The translations under genes and the position numbers were made by a program. Under the pieces are notes generated by a model. That model searched no databases. It was not told the origin of the DNA and worked only from the letters and a program-made list of their open reading frames with translations. A DNA stretch of 51,756 bases from Ionaspis alba (taxonomy: Eukaryota). How positions within the stretch are numbered: the first letter of the stretch is position 1; each line of letters begins with the position of its first letter. The stretch is from contig CAXUUL010000033.1 of the NCBI GenBank assembly GCA_964255285.1, positions 1 to 51,756 on the forward strand. Direction: 5' to 3'. Below are positions 11,392-25,346 of this stretch, in pieces.

Positions 11392-12262
11392 CTAGTCTTT
11401 CTTCTTCTCCGAATAGAAGAAGTTTGCCGCCACAACAGAAAGATCATTATCCTCCGCCCATTCCCTAACCCCCTTCCCCCTCTTCCCATAACCCCAATGC
11501 GGTCTCTCCTTCGGCACTTTCAAATTTCCAGTCCCCTCCTTCTCCAAGAGCACAAACACATACCGATGTTTGCCCGTCCCCTTCGGTGGCGCGGGCGCCA
11601 AATACTCCATTAGCTCCTTTGGCTTATTCTCTGTCGCAGCCTCTATACCCGAGCCAAAGTGCAAGGTATATGCGCCATCCATGACGCCGACCTCCAAGCC
11701 CTCAGTTTCGTTTTCGCTGCTCTTGAGCGTAACTTGGACGATCCAGTGACACATTTGCCCCATTGTGGGATCCGCGCGAGAAGTTGCATCGGGGTCGCTT
11801 AGGACGAGGGCGAAGGTTTTGTTGGCGGCAAACGTGCGGGTCGGGGAGAGAGTGGCCGGCGTCGAGAGGTCGGAAATATAGAGGTCTGGGCTTGAGGAGA
11901 CGTTCGAGGGTGGGAAGGTGTTGCCGAGGGAAACGGTCGTGTGCGTTTTGGGGTAGTAGAGTGTTATGGAGAGGGAAGGGGTGAAGTCGTCGAGGACTTG
12001 CGGGTTGGAAGATTAGCTGGGGTGAGCGGTGGGGCCGGAGAGGTGGGGAAGTACCGTCGGAGATGATGGAGGATTTTTTGAGTCTGGGAGAGTGATTTTA
12101 GCTAGAGCTTTGATGAGAAGCATGGTGGAGAACGCACGCTGAGCGGATCTCTTCGGCGCTTTGGAGGTGGGATTGGAGGGGTGTTTGTGAGTGAATGGGG
12201 GCTGCTTCAAGGCAGCGGAGTGTGGAAAGAGAGAGGAGCGGAAGAAGAAGTGAGGGACGCAT
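11392..12262 (-). CDS. Phosphatidylethanolamine-binding protein (PEBP, Tfs1/carboxypeptidase Y inhibitor-like) with predicted signal peptide
   Basis: Exons 12262-12138, 12083-12055, 11996-11392 give MRPSLLLPLLSLSTLRCLEAAP..IISDVLDDFTPSL..LVLSDPDATSRADPTMGQMCHWI..YLAPAPPKGTGKHRYVFVL..VAANFF. The DPDA, HW and G-K-HRY PEBP motifs are present. Confidence 0.9.
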
Positions 12263-12765
12263 GTTGCTCGAAGAACAAGGTCTTCACAAGATCAGATACT
12301 GATGGAGCTTCTTGTTGTTTCTCAATCGAAGTTGTGATGACCAGCCAGGCCAAGTTCCAGGAGCTCAACTCAGTAGAATTGGATCCTCGGACAGTTTCCC
12401 GCAAAGCTCGATCCTCCAATGAAGTGTGACGTCAACTTTATCGAAATTACCCACCAAATGCGTACCTATGATACCGAATCGTACATTTCCTAGGCAACTA
12501 CCAAGGGGGAAGGTTGCAATAGTTTCCTCCAATTGTACATGAGTGGACTTATCATAGCGTAATGGCTTGTTCTGCTCATTAGAGTGCCTTACGACTTCGA
12601 TGGCATTTCTCGAGTCGTTCGAGCTATTCCTGCTAGTAAGGGAGTGCTCCTTTGATATATCCTGGCGGCTCCTGCCAGTCAACAAAGCCTAGCCTGGTAA
12701 CTTTTTCCACGGCCGAACAGAGCATTATATGATTCATGTCTCCGCTCTCACAACACTTTCCCTGT

Positions 12766-15435
12766 CTACTCATCGAGCTGTACATAGTTTGCTGGGAAAA
12801 GCCCAGATCTGCCTTCATACTCTCCGGACCACCAATCTTCGTCCGGGAATTCCTATCGGACTGTCAGTAACTGGACTACTGGGTCATTTGAATGTATTCG
12901 CACGTACCACACCCGTGATTTTGGCGCCTTCAGGAAAGGTAAGCTCGTTGTCCTCCGCTGCTTCGTAATCGTACAGGGCAGTGGCCACTGCACCAGAAGC
13001 AGTATGACTCTCCACCGGCTCGTGGTGGGGTTCCGGTTCCGTAGTCAAACCACGTGCTGTTTCCTGACCACCCTCCCCTTCTCCCTCGACCAGCTCAACA
13101 TAGTTGCTGGGAAAGAGGCCGGTCTCACCCTTGGAGTTCTGGCCCATCCACCAATCCTCATCCACCATCTCTATGTTCGTCACATATTCTCCTTCGTGCA
13201 ACTCCAACTCATTGTCTTCGGCTTTCTCATAGTCATATTGAACTAACGCACGCTTGCCACTCTCGTGTGCGTCAGGATGAGCGGTTCCCGCCGCCTCCTG
13301 CCCGGAAGAGTGTGCTGCAACAGCCGCTCCATCACTTCGTGCAGGATCGTGGCCCGATGGTTCATCAGTAAGGTCATCCTCATGAGGAATAGCCTGAGCC
13401 ATTGAACGTGCTGGCATGGCGGGTGGCGGCGAGTACTGCTCTTCTCGAGCGTCTTCAATTTCAGTTTCAGCGCCTCGACTGACTGGCATTGCGACCCGTA
13501 TTGGAGAACCTGAATCCTCGGTAGGGGTCGGTGGAGTTGGACTCCTTGGAGGTTGTGGCGGCGGTAGTGGCATGTTTGTTCTCACTCCTTCATCTCGGGA
13601 CGGATCCGCGGGGCGGGTAGGAAGGCCAGGTATAGGAATGCCTCGGCTCGCATTTGGTTTGTTGGATGTGTCGAGTGGAGGAGGACTGGGAGCTGATCTT
13701 TCGGAGCCGGTTGCAGCGGCACCCATAGGCGCGGTGTCTCTAAACCTGTCACGAATGGCTCCCACCCCACCGATGGGCGATCGAGGAGCCTCTCCTTGCT
13801 GCTTCTGCTCCTCATCATGCCCGGTCCGCTCGTGACCTAGATCGCTCGCAGACCCTCCAGTCTTCGTTGTTTGTACTGGAGCCCAGGACTTCCCCGAATA
13901 ACCACTCTTCCATTCATTTCCGCCGGAAGTCTGATTCCTCATTGGTGATGCTGGACCTCCAAGGCCTCCTGATGGCGGTTGCTCGGCGGCACTGCTTGTT
14001 CCTCGTTCCCTAGCCTTTTTCTCTGCCCAAAGTTGAGCTGGTGTCTTGCCACCTTCGTCTGCAAAAGTCCTGCTAGCGCCAACCGGAGGTGCTGTTGGAG
14101 ACGTCTTTGACTCTAGTCCGAATCCACCTGGAACGGGCGCCTTTGTGCCTGCGAAATTACCCGTTCCAGAGCCAAAGCGATTTGCAACCTTGGGCTTAGG
14201 CAGAGTGGTTAGACGTTCGGATGCACTGAGAGGAACTGACCTATCAGGAAGTGATTTTGGCTCATCGCCGCTTTGTGTCGAAGTGCCAGTGGCTGAGGGC
14301 GTCGTACGAGCCGGCGACGGGGAGTCACTCTCTGAAGGTCGCTGAGCTTTTGCCCGGATTGCGGCAATGTCGACCTTTCCAACAGGCTCGTACGATCCCT
14401 TTACGACCGTAGGCCGATCATCACTAGCCGATTTACTCTCCTGAGCTTGTCTTCGCAGAGCAGCTATGTCCACTTTCCCAATCGGCTGATAGCCTCCCTT
14501 CACCACATCGCTGCGTTCCGATTGACCATCTGTCCGACCCCCATTGAACTGCGAAGGCTCTTGATTTTGGGAACTCAATTCATGCATGTTGACTTTGGTG
14601 GGCTGATAAGCGGGCTGCACTTTTTCAAGCTGCGTCCTGGTGACCTGAGGCGCATCTTGACCCCACCCATCTTGGTCCACAGGTTGATTTCTTGCATTCC
14701 CGAGGCGAGGATTTGAGGCGGCAAGGGGATTGAAACTAGCAGCACCGCCACTGCTGCGTGTTGGAGTGAACGCAGGTTTTGAGGCTATCGGAGGCGGGGC
14801 CCCTCCAACATTTGGGTTCGAAGTGCTGGTCGACGAGTACTTGGACCCAGAGGCATCAGACACTTTTTGAACAATTCCATCGGGTGTAAGGTCCCTATCC
14901 GATCTCGCAGTGACTTGTACGTGATATCCCTAAGAGCTCCGTAAGTATGTCAAATAATCTGTGTTGCCTTTACCCGTAAATCACATACATGTAAAACCTT
15001 CGAGACTGCAGCAAGATGGCTTGTGAAGTAACCTTTCGTTCTCTCTGGAACGCCTTCCCCACACCAGCCGATGAGAACGTTCTTGGGTAGTGACGTATTG
15101 GGGTCTTTGACTTTGACGAAAGCAAATTGTACCCTGCCGTCAGAAAAGTCGTCGATGAGGTCCACTAGTTCACCCTCTACCAGTTGTCAGGACATGAAGC
15201 TTCAGTATCAAGATTGTAACCTACCTCCAGTACTATGAACTTTGAGAACGCTTTCCTTCCCTCCTCCAGACTCTTGCTGGAAGGCGTTGACTAGAGGCGC
15301 AGACACGGAGTATACTGCCCAATGGGCGTAGGTGGGCGATTTTGCAGCATTACCTGAAGGTGGGGGTGAATTGACGACGGACTGATAGCTTTTGGATATT
15401 GAAGGTCCGTTAGTCGAGAGATTCAGTGTAGCCAT
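12766..15435 (-). CDS. ABP1: Actin-binding protein (ADF-H domain, Pro-rich linker, two SH3 domains)
   Basis: Exons 15435-15225, 15176-14989, 14929-12908, 12852-12766. ADF-H: FAFVKVKDPNTSLPKNVLIGWCGEGVPERTKGYFTSHL. SH3 domains: ALVQYDYEKAEDNELEL..DEDWWMG..GLFPSNYVEL and ALYDYEAAEDNELTF..EFPDEDWWSG..GLFPANYVQLDE. Confidence 0.93.
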
Positions 15436-16113
15436 ACTGACCTGGCAGACGTTGGGAACTTGTATAGTTGGTAGGTATGATTTTGATACCGAGCCACAAT
15501 TCCTCGAATGCGGCCGCGACAGCTGGGGACGAGCTGCCAAGTCTTGTGTGACGAGGAATCCCGGCTAGTCAGCCTCGAGCTTGTCTAGCTATTTCAGGCC
15601 AAGTGCTGAAGGAGGCCTTGACCCATGTCAGCCTTATATGTTCTTCGCCAGCCAATCTCGTCGTAGCCCCCAATCCGCTTCACTTTTCTTCCTCCTACCA
15701 GTAGCCTCCACTCACTCAAACAATACGCCCATCTTAGTTCGCATCTCCGAATATTCCGTTATAAGTACCTGGCTGTCTCTCACAGCGTCTCTCGTTCAAC
15801 CTATCTCGTTCCTCTATAGTCGCGCATTCTACTTGGTCCCACATCTCGGATCTCGAGGTCCAGTGTCTCTGAGATCGGCTCTACAATCATCCTATCGCCT
15901 GGCCTTCGCATGAGTATACTCGTGGTGCTGTTTCCTTTGTCTGTGTTTCAAGTACTGTGTCTCTTCTTCGCAGGCACCCTTTTTCTGTCAGGGACCCTAA
16001 TTCGCAAGGATTAGGTAGCTCATGGGATTTCTAAGGACCTTTTGTGCGCGTCGATCAGACCTATACGTCTTCGACCGTTATTGTTGGAGACTGATGCCAG
16101 TACCAGTGATAAT

Positions 16114-19100
16114 ATGGATGTCTTAACCGCAAGCCCTAGCTCGTCTTCGGACCTCTACTCTACCTCAGAGTCAGACGATCCGCCGCTTGTCAGTCCATCT
16201 AGCTCTCAAGATCCGGTGAACGCGTCCGGCGGGCTGGATACCCATTCGAACCATGAGGATATCACTTTCTACTCCCAGAATAGTGCACGAGCAACGATTG
16301 AGGGCACCACCGGTCATCGAGAAGGCTTTCATACACATACCAATGATGATGGAACGGTGAATAGTGGTCTCCATAAGCGCAAGAGGGAAGTCGGCGAGGA
16401 CGATAGAACCTCTACCCCTCCCGGTGGCAATTTTAACGGGAGAAGTATACAGGAATTCTCATCTTCTAACGGCTTGACCTATAAGACACCTCTTCGACAA
16501 GATCCTACTCTTGAGCCAGGGAACAAACGCAGCAGGCTGGATGAGCTCTCGTCTTGCTTCCATCAAAAGGGAGACCTAATATCCGGATTGCCCGCCCAGA
16601 TCTGGCAAACTGTTTTCTGTTTCGTGCCACCGGTTTTTCTTGGTCGTTTGTTGCGCGTCAGTCATGCCTTCAACTCTCTACTCACTCCTGGTGCTACTCA
16701 CAGCTCTAGTCCGAAGAATTTGTCCGGGTCCAGGCGGGTTATTAGTGCTGCATCCATCTGGGCCGCATCGCGCAAGAGATTCTGCCCTGGATTACCTAGA
16801 CCACTACGTGGAATGGAGGAACTCGATATGTGGAGGCTTCTCCGTGGGAGTCATTGCCAGATTTGTGGTGAAAGAAAAACTCTGCTGACACACAATTCTT
16901 CCAACCCGTGGAATTCTGGTCCAGGGCAACAAGGTGTGCGAGTAGTATGGCCTTTTGGCATCCGATGCTGCGGCAGTTGTCTCCGAACACATTCTGAACA
17001 GGTTGGGCTCGCGCCACGTTTCTCGCCCAGAATTCTGTTTCTTACTATTATTAGGAGGTTGCATTAATATTCTCCTCCACGTTCCCCGCTGTTTTATTGC
17101 CAGCCTTACCGTTCGCCTTTGTGTCGCAGGCAGACAACTACGTGACCTCAACAACTCTTCGAAACTCAACGAAACCTACGGACGTGCAATTGACAAAGTA
17201 CTACTACAAGATTCACATTGAGCAGATCAAGCAGCAGATGGATAAAGTGAAAGAACTTGGGCCTGCGTCGGCAGAGGAGTGGATCAAAGGTCTGGATATT
17301 GAGGGGAAGGAAAAATCGAGCGACACGGCACGATGGGAGCAATGGGAAGAAAAAGGAGGACTGAAAAAAGTCAATGCCCGACCCCATTCCAAGCCTACGG
17401 TTACGAGGGGGAAATCGACTCCTCTGTCTACTCCGACTACTAAGCTTTCTGTTTCATCCAACGACTCGAGTGGGGCTCCTGTCAATGCGAGTAACCTCAT
17501 TAGCCAGGAAGTGATGATGAATTCCGCGTCGTCGCAAAGCCACCAAGGTAACTCTATGTCCTATTTCACAATAAAGCTTTGATAGAGACAATGTTCCGCT
17601 CTGCTAATTATACTTTCTAGCTCCCACATTGCCATCAACATTGCGCTCTGCCACTACAGTGGGTCATGGAAGCCTTCCACAGCGACCACAAGTGCCACTC
17701 CCGCAAATACGTGTTGAACGGAACATCCGGGATGTCAATGAGGCCAAAGCTGCCCGCCGTGCTGAGATTGAGCGGCGATGCATGGCACTGGATCCACCGC
17801 TAAGGTCAAACCTTCTTTATCACATGGAGTCCTTTCAGGCTGCACTTCAGATTTCTACAGCGCTAACCGACAGCGCATGGGAAGTTCTTAAGCCACGACT
17901 TTTAGCCCAGAGAGAAGTTGCAGAGCGGCGTGAGAACGAAAGGGTGGAGCAAAGTAATCTCCTTCAAGCGAAAGCCGAAGAGAAGAAGCATCAGGATGCC
18001 CAGCTCAAGGAGGCCAAGGAGCTTGTTGACAAGGAATGGGATCTGGTGCAAACTCCAATTCGCGACCGTCTGGCCATTTACGCGGATGAGATTATCCAGG
18101 ACAAGTGGGCTGGTGGTAGTAGTATTACGAAAGATACATGTTCCCGGTTTGCTGCAGAGGTTTTGCTTCACGCCAGCCGACGTTTCCGTGAAGACTTCCC
18201 GCAAGGTGATAATGCCAAGCAGGCCACTGGCCAGGATCCTGGGACTGCTTCGCCGAACCCTCTTGCATCCCAAAAGCTGACTTTGGAGAGTATGAAATGG
18301 CTGTTTGACAACAAAGTAAAAGGTTTCACGGAAAATTTCCAGAAGGAGCTTTTCCTTTGCAATGGCTGTGACGGCAACTTCAAGTTCTATGGATTCGAAG
18401 GAGTGATTCAGCACTATGCTGCAAAGCATACTACCAGCCTCAGCAAAGGCAGCGTCGTAGTCCGTTGGCGTGCAGAGTGGCCCGAGCGCCCTCCATTCCA
18501 TCCTAACCCGAGTGCGGCCAAAGCTGCTTACTATGCGATTCCTTCACCGGCACAGTCGTTAATACCATCACATTACAGGCCGCCACAAGTAACAGCGGGA
18601 TTTGGTGAGTATGGACAGGTCATTGCGCAACCTCCACCGTCGGATCCTCAAAGATTTGCTACGCATTTCTCGCCAAGTCCTTTCGGGTCGTCATATAATG
18701 GCAGCTTTCCAAACGGGCCATATCGTGCACCTCCTCTTCCAGGCCACTATACCGGTCAGCCTGAATATGCAGCACAATCTCCTGCGTTCCTACCGGCAAA
18801 CACTTACAGTCAAGTCACTCCGGACTTCTCCGCTAGCGCTAACAACGTGTATGGTGGACATCCCGATGCCCGAGGAACGGCCACTCAGCAGTATATACAT
18901 CCACCAGGAGAACATACTTTCCAGAGTACAGCCTGGCAGAACGGTCATGTGGAGGAAATAAACCCTACATATCCAAGCCCAGGCTATATGTCATTACAGG
19001 CACCGAATCTGCCACCGAAGCCCACGGCTCCAAGTATCGTGGCTCTGGAACCGTCTCAGGGAGTTGGTGCTCAAGCTCCTGATCCATACCAGGTTCAGCT

Positions 19101-21279
19101 GAACGAAATGGCGAAAGCTGCTCGCGATGTCTGGTTCGGCACATCTGGTATCAAAGATATACCACAAAGCGTTCGCATCTATGTCGTCATACACCATGTT
19201 GTTACTCGCTTTGAAGAGAAATACAGCAATGAACCAAGCGTTGCAATGTTCATTGATGGTCTGGACCACAATGCGCTGATGAGACCTGTGCGCAGTCTAA
19301 ACGGGCTTGCATGCAAAACTTGCGTCACTGGCGGTATCGCGCCAACGATGGGCTTTCATGCTCACCCACAGCATGCAACGAGTGACAGAAAACTTTACAC
19401 TCTCCCTCACCTATTGAATCATTTCAAGTCTGCTCACCTGGAGAGGACAAGATCCACGGTCGATTTGCAAGGTGGAATGGAGTCCACGAGATTAGATTGG
19501 AAGCGTGATATGATTGAGTTGCCAGAGACTCCGCTGATTGCGGACCTGATCAACGCACCCGGAATGGACGATGCCAAATTGAAATTGATCGCCCAGGTTT
19601 TTCCTGGGGTATTCCCTTCCCCGTTGCCACTCATGGGATCGGCAAAAACGACTGGTCCAATCCCAAAGTATCGAGGGGAGAACAAAGGCACCCGCCAAAA
19701 TCGCAAACACGATGTGGAGGTTGAGGCCACCCATCCATTTCCATACAAGATCGACCGACCTCTAGCAATGGAGGCTGATACAGATTACAATGGAACTGAA
19801 TCAGGATCACGGCCTCTATCGCAATCAAGTGTACGTACATCAGAAACTCCCAGGGAAGACGAGTACGATCCTCACCGGCCTACGTACTATGGACGGATTG
19901 TCGAATCACGACAAACAATTCCATCGAGGCTACAGGCGACTCATTTCGTGGCCACCGATCGAGCTTACCAACCAGTTGACGATGGACATGGGAAGAAATT
20001 TACCGGCAAGCAAGAGCCAAAGGACAGACGTCATGAGAGCGGCGTTGGTATCCCCGCTGAAGGGTATTATATGGACAATTCCTCAACACATGCAACTGAT
20101 TACGGCCAGGTCGCCTCACGTGAATCCAAACTGGACGTTGGTGACTTCGTCGTCAATGATGCGAAAATGGTAACGCCACATCGGCTGGGCAAGGAGGGTA
20201 CTGATCGTTATGTATCCGAAGACGGTGAAGTCGTGGAAGAGCCATCTTTAAAATCGGACCATTGCAATCTGGCGCCCGTTGCTGAAACCACGGCTGCCGA
20301 ACGATTTCTCAACAACTTCAATCCTGACTTTGATATAATGGAACCAGCTCGAGAAATTGACACAAGGAACACCGATAACCGAGCTCGGGGGTTGAGGTCA
20401 GAGGTGCAGGACGACTCCTCAAGTACCTATCCGAAGCAAATCGGGAGGAGATTGGAGCGGCCATCAGGAGGGCTGAATGATCCTGAGGTCCAGCATAGGG
20501 TTGGTTCGACGCCCCCACATCCTGCCTGGCTCGAGACGAGAACGGAAGAGAATATTCGCTATGCACAGCTCTCTGACCGCCAGCTTACTTTCCACGATGA
20601 TCCTCGACCAACTTCTGGAATGCACTATGCTTATTCCGATGCGGAGCAGTCAGCAGACAGGCCTTCACCACACGTTTATAGTGCTCGCTCTATCCCTCGC
20701 TCAATCAACTCTCACGAAGTGCCTATTGAGCGCGATCCCATGGAGGGCCGTAGGGAATTACCTCGAACACTTCATAGCGATGAGAAATGGCATCAGTCCG
20801 TTCCCAGCCGAAGTCGCTCGAGGTCTCCTCTACCATTGGCTCGTGAAAGAGTGCCATACCGGACTCGAAGCCCCCACGAATCGTCGCGGCCCGAACCCGT
20901 ATATCGCCTTCATGCTCCTTCCATAGCTCGAGATGGTCAGCCACAGAGACTCGTTCAGTACGCATATCCACCGGCGCAGGATCCACCTAGCCACGTCGCA
21001 AATCGCAGGTACCCCGAAGATCAATACCACAGGCGGGTGGAGTATATTTCTCTTCGACCGGAAGAGTACGAAGCTCAAGGGACTGGTCGATATGTTTTAG
21101 CACAGCCACCAGAGCATAGAAGGGCAGTGGACCACGTACGCGTCGATCGAGGTTATGCGGGTGAAGAATTGTATGAAAGGGATGGTCGACTATACTACGC
21201 TGAGCCCCGAAGATTCGACGTCCAATCTGCAAGAGCAATCAATCCTGACTACATAGATTATCGGGACGACTTGCGATAA
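16114..21279 (+). CDS. Large fungal F-box-like protein with coiled coil and C2H2-like zinc-finger motifs
   Basis: Exons 16114-17001, 17055-17547, 17621-21279 join three long ORFs in frame. F-box-like segment LPAQIWQTVFCFVPPVFLGRLLRVSHAFNSLL; CQICG..CCGSC; CNGC..FEGVIQHYAAKH; CKTC..LPHLLNHFKSAH. Confidence 0.82.
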
Positions 21280-22025
21280 GAACAGCAATCCCATATTACT
21301 CTTTCTCTGCAGGCGCATCTAGCCATTTGTCAGCCGTCGGGCTGCGAATGCTGCATAACACGTTGTAAGGATGTTTGGCGCCTGTTCGTCTGATTATACG
21401 CACCTCCAATTTGTTTCAACCTGCTGATCTGAGGTCAAGAGTGTGACACTCATGACAACTCACTTTTTCTCCCTATCTGAATTCATGTGTCTTGATCTCG
21501 AATAGTAATTGGTCGCTTCATAGCGACTAAAGAGTCTTTCTTTCCACCAGATGGATATACTGTATTAGTAGGACCTTCTGTACCGGAAGTTTGCATCATG
21601 ATAGAATCATCAAATCTTGCTAGAACCAATCTTCGGTATATCTGTTGCTCAGTGCGTAGTATGTTTATTCGATTAACAAACCAAAGGCACCTCGTTGGAG
21701 TTGAGGAGGAACACGTCGTAGCTGTACCATAGTAGTCACATATAGCCCCTTTTTCGATTGCGTCTGCCAGAAGATAGCGAGGCCGGTTTCGTGTGGAGGC
21801 CTAACGCCAAGCCAAGTTGCCTTGCAGTATCGGCCTTCCACGACATTCGATAGTCAATGGTCAACAATCCGATACTGGTGCCCATTATGTCTCACTGAGT
21901 ATGGATCCAGAAGAATAAAACCAACGTGCAAGGTAGCATGGCTGCTGTGATTGCAACAACATAACATCCCATGTGATACGTAGAGCCCAAAAGCTGCGGA
22001 AGTGGAACCAAATTTCAGCCTGACA

Positions 22026-25000
22026 ATGTACAAGCATGTGGAGACCATTGAAAATGACGAAGAGTACTACGACAATACAGAAGTCCCAGATGTGTTGGAC
22101 CGAGAGACTGGTGCCAGCACACCTTCCACATCGCAAAATATGCTGCCTAGGGATCACCAAGCAAAGACTGCTTATTACGACCATGCGACAGAGAAATCCT
22201 TGAGCAATACAGAGGCAAAACTCATTTATCAAAGACACCAACTGGAGCAGGAAGAGCAAACTCCGGTAGAGGGTAAGGGTCCATTCCGACGCTGGGCTAC
22301 AGTCTCCGAAAACGAAATGGGAGGATTAAGTCGTACAGCCAGCATGGCTTCTGGACGGAGCCGCACCGCATACCGGATTGGTAGTCCTGCTAGCATCATG
22401 ACTTCTGGCGAATCCCTTGACAACACAGTGGTAAACTCCCCAGAACTCAATGGTGTGAGCCATCAAGGACTTCGGTCTCCAAGTCCAACCTATGGGCAAG
22501 CGATGGACGGCGGACGATCAACATGCGGTCAGGGAAGGTATACTCAGCTACCTCATGAAACAGAGCCTCCTCTACTGCGGGATCATGGTATCGACGGTGC
22601 GGGTGCAGGCATCGGGGTGGGGGCGGGCGCTGGAGGATTCGCCATCAATGACTCGAATGTTGCTTCTGAACTAAGTGCCATCTACACGAACATCCAGAAG
22701 ATTTTGGATCTACGGCACAAGTACATACGGCTTTCTTTACAAGAGCCAGGTGACAACCCTAAAGACGAACCCGGCTGGAAGATCTATCCGCCTCCTCCAG
22801 ACCCTGTCTGGGACGACGAGAAGGATCGTCCGTATGGGGTGCAGTCGGGTGGAAACAGTCTCTCCAACAGCAGAACGTTCCCATCAGAACCAGAGACTCC
22901 TCGTTCTTATCAACACCGTCCTACCAGCTCGGCAGGAGGTGATCAACCTGTATCGCCGACTACCGCAAAGAAACGCCGTAAGGCAGGACAGGACATTGGA
23001 GAAGACTTCGTCCTCGAAGATCTACTGCCTCTCCCTGGAGAAGCAGAGATGACTTTCAGGCTCGACGAGAATGGAGTATATCAAGTCTACGAGACTCCAC
23101 GATTGGCTGAATTAGAGACTCCCATTGTTGCCATCCCCACCATCCGAGACTTCTATATGGATTTGGATTCCATTCTTTCTATATCCTCGGATGGACCTAC
23201 GAAGAGTTTTGCATTTAGAAGACTTCAGTATCTTGAGGGCAAATTCAATCTGTACTTCCTGCTTAACGAGTACCAGGAAATGGCCGATACCAAAAGAGTG
23301 CCGCACAGGGACTTCTATAATGTCCGGAAAGTTGACACGCACGTGCATCATTCCGCGTGCATGAATCAGAAGCATCTCCTCCGATTCATCAAGAGTAAGA
23401 TGAAGAAGTCGCCAGACGAAGTAGTCATCTTCAGAGACGGCAAATACTTAACTCTCAGGGAGGTCTTCGAAAGTATCAACCTGACCGCTTATGACCTCAG
23501 TATTGATACTCTCGATATGCACGTGAGTTAGATAAAGCTTGTTATGATGTGATATCGCTGAGTTGAGTTTTAGGCTCATACGGACTCCTTCCATCGCTTT
23601 GACAAATTCAATCTCAAGTACAACCCAATGGGAGAATCGAGGTTACGAACCATATTCCTGAAGACGGACAACCATATCCGTGGAAGATACCTTGCGGAAA
23701 TAACCAAAGAAGTGATTTCAGATCTAGAGTCCAGCAAGTATCAGATGGTAGAGTGGCGAATCTCTATCTATGGAAGGAGTCTTGATGAGTGGGATAAATT
23801 GGCCGCTTGGGTGGTAGATAATAAGCTCTTCTCCCATAACGTGCGGTGGCTAGTTCAGGTTCCTCGCCTTTTTGATGTCTATAAGTCTTCTGGCTTGATG
23901 GAAAGCTTTGAGCAAGTTATCATCAACATCTTCCAGCCACTATTCGAAGTCACCAAGGAACCGTCAAGCCATCCAAAACTGCATATATTCCTGCAGCGAG
24001 TCATTGGCATCGACAGCGTTGATGACGAAAGCAAGCCTGAAAGGCGTCTCTTCCGGAAATTCCCATTGCCTAAGGTATGGAGCACAAAGCAAAATCCCCC
24101 GTACAGTTACTGGATGTATTACCTATTTGCCAACATGGCTTCCTTAAACGTGTGGCGAAAACAACGAGGATTCAATACCTTCATACTACGGCCACATTGT
24201 GGCGAAGCCGGCGAGACAGATCATTTGGCAGCAGCAGTGCTGTGTTGTCATAGCATCAGTCACGGAATCTTGCTTCGAAAAGTGCCCCTTCTCCAGTACA
24301 TATTCTACCTCGAGCAAATAGGCATCGCCATGTCACCGCTCAGCAATAATGCTCTATTCCTGGCTTATGAGAGAAATCCTTTCCTGCAATACTTCAGGCG
24401 TGGACTCAATGTCTCGTTGTCGACGGATGATCCTTTACAATTTGCGTTTACTAAAGAGCCCCTCATTGAGGAATACTCAGTCGCTGCGCAGATCTACAAG
24501 CTTACTGCCGTCGATATGTGCGAGCTTGCACAGCACTCGGTAATGCAGAGCGGTTTTGAGCATGTGGTAAAACAGAGATGGTTAGGACCTGACTACAATC
24601 TACCGGGTCTCGCAGGGAATAATGTTGCTAAGACGAATGTGCCTGACATTCGGGAAGCTTTCAGACACGAGACGTTACTGCAAGAACTAGCAATGATTGA
24701 CCAATACAGTGCGGTACATACAGTCGAACCAGTGTCGACAGCGAATCTCCCTCCGCCAGTTGCTCATAATTACCATTCACAGGCACCAGCTTCTCCCTCT
24801 GCATCGATGAGAACAAATCCTTCAACAGCCACCCTTTACATGGAAGGACCAAGTCGGCAGAGCCGGCACCAGCAATTCGTACTCCCTACTGCAATTTTGG
24901 CAGCAGCCAATGCATCTACTCAGGCAGCTCGGATACCATCATCTCAACCACACCGAGAAATCAAAGCCGTCGATACCCGATCTCAGCCAACAGTCACGAA

Positions 25001-25346
25001 TCGACCAGGAAGATCATCATCCATGATCTTGAATCCTATTCAGCACAGTGCTACTTGGAGTGACAGTATAGGACAATCCCACATTAGTGGAACAGAGCCT
25101 AGGATGTTTCCAGGAGTCGTTTACGAGAGGAATAGGCGTGGAAGCACACGGCAAGGTAGTCAATCAGACAAAGACATTGACGGATTTGGGATAATAGGCC
25201 CAGGTCTCTCAAAGGTGGGACTTAGGGAGCAGGAGCAAAGTGATCGAGAAGGAAGGTTTACTTTTACGGAAGAGCCAATGGAAGGTGATCCTACTGATGA
25301 TGATAACCACGGAGATGATGATGATGGGCGGCCGCCGCCAAAGTAG
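22026..25346 (+). CDS. AMD1: AMP deaminase
   Basis: Exons 22026-23522 and 23574-25346. Motifs [38 protein letters not shown] and [10 protein letters not shown] (catalytic signature). Confidence 0.97.

Noticed and set aside
12013..12210. ORF with ATG at 12123 as the PEBP start
   Set aside because: That ATG lies inside the inferred intron 12084-12137 and is out of frame with the IISDVLDDF core.
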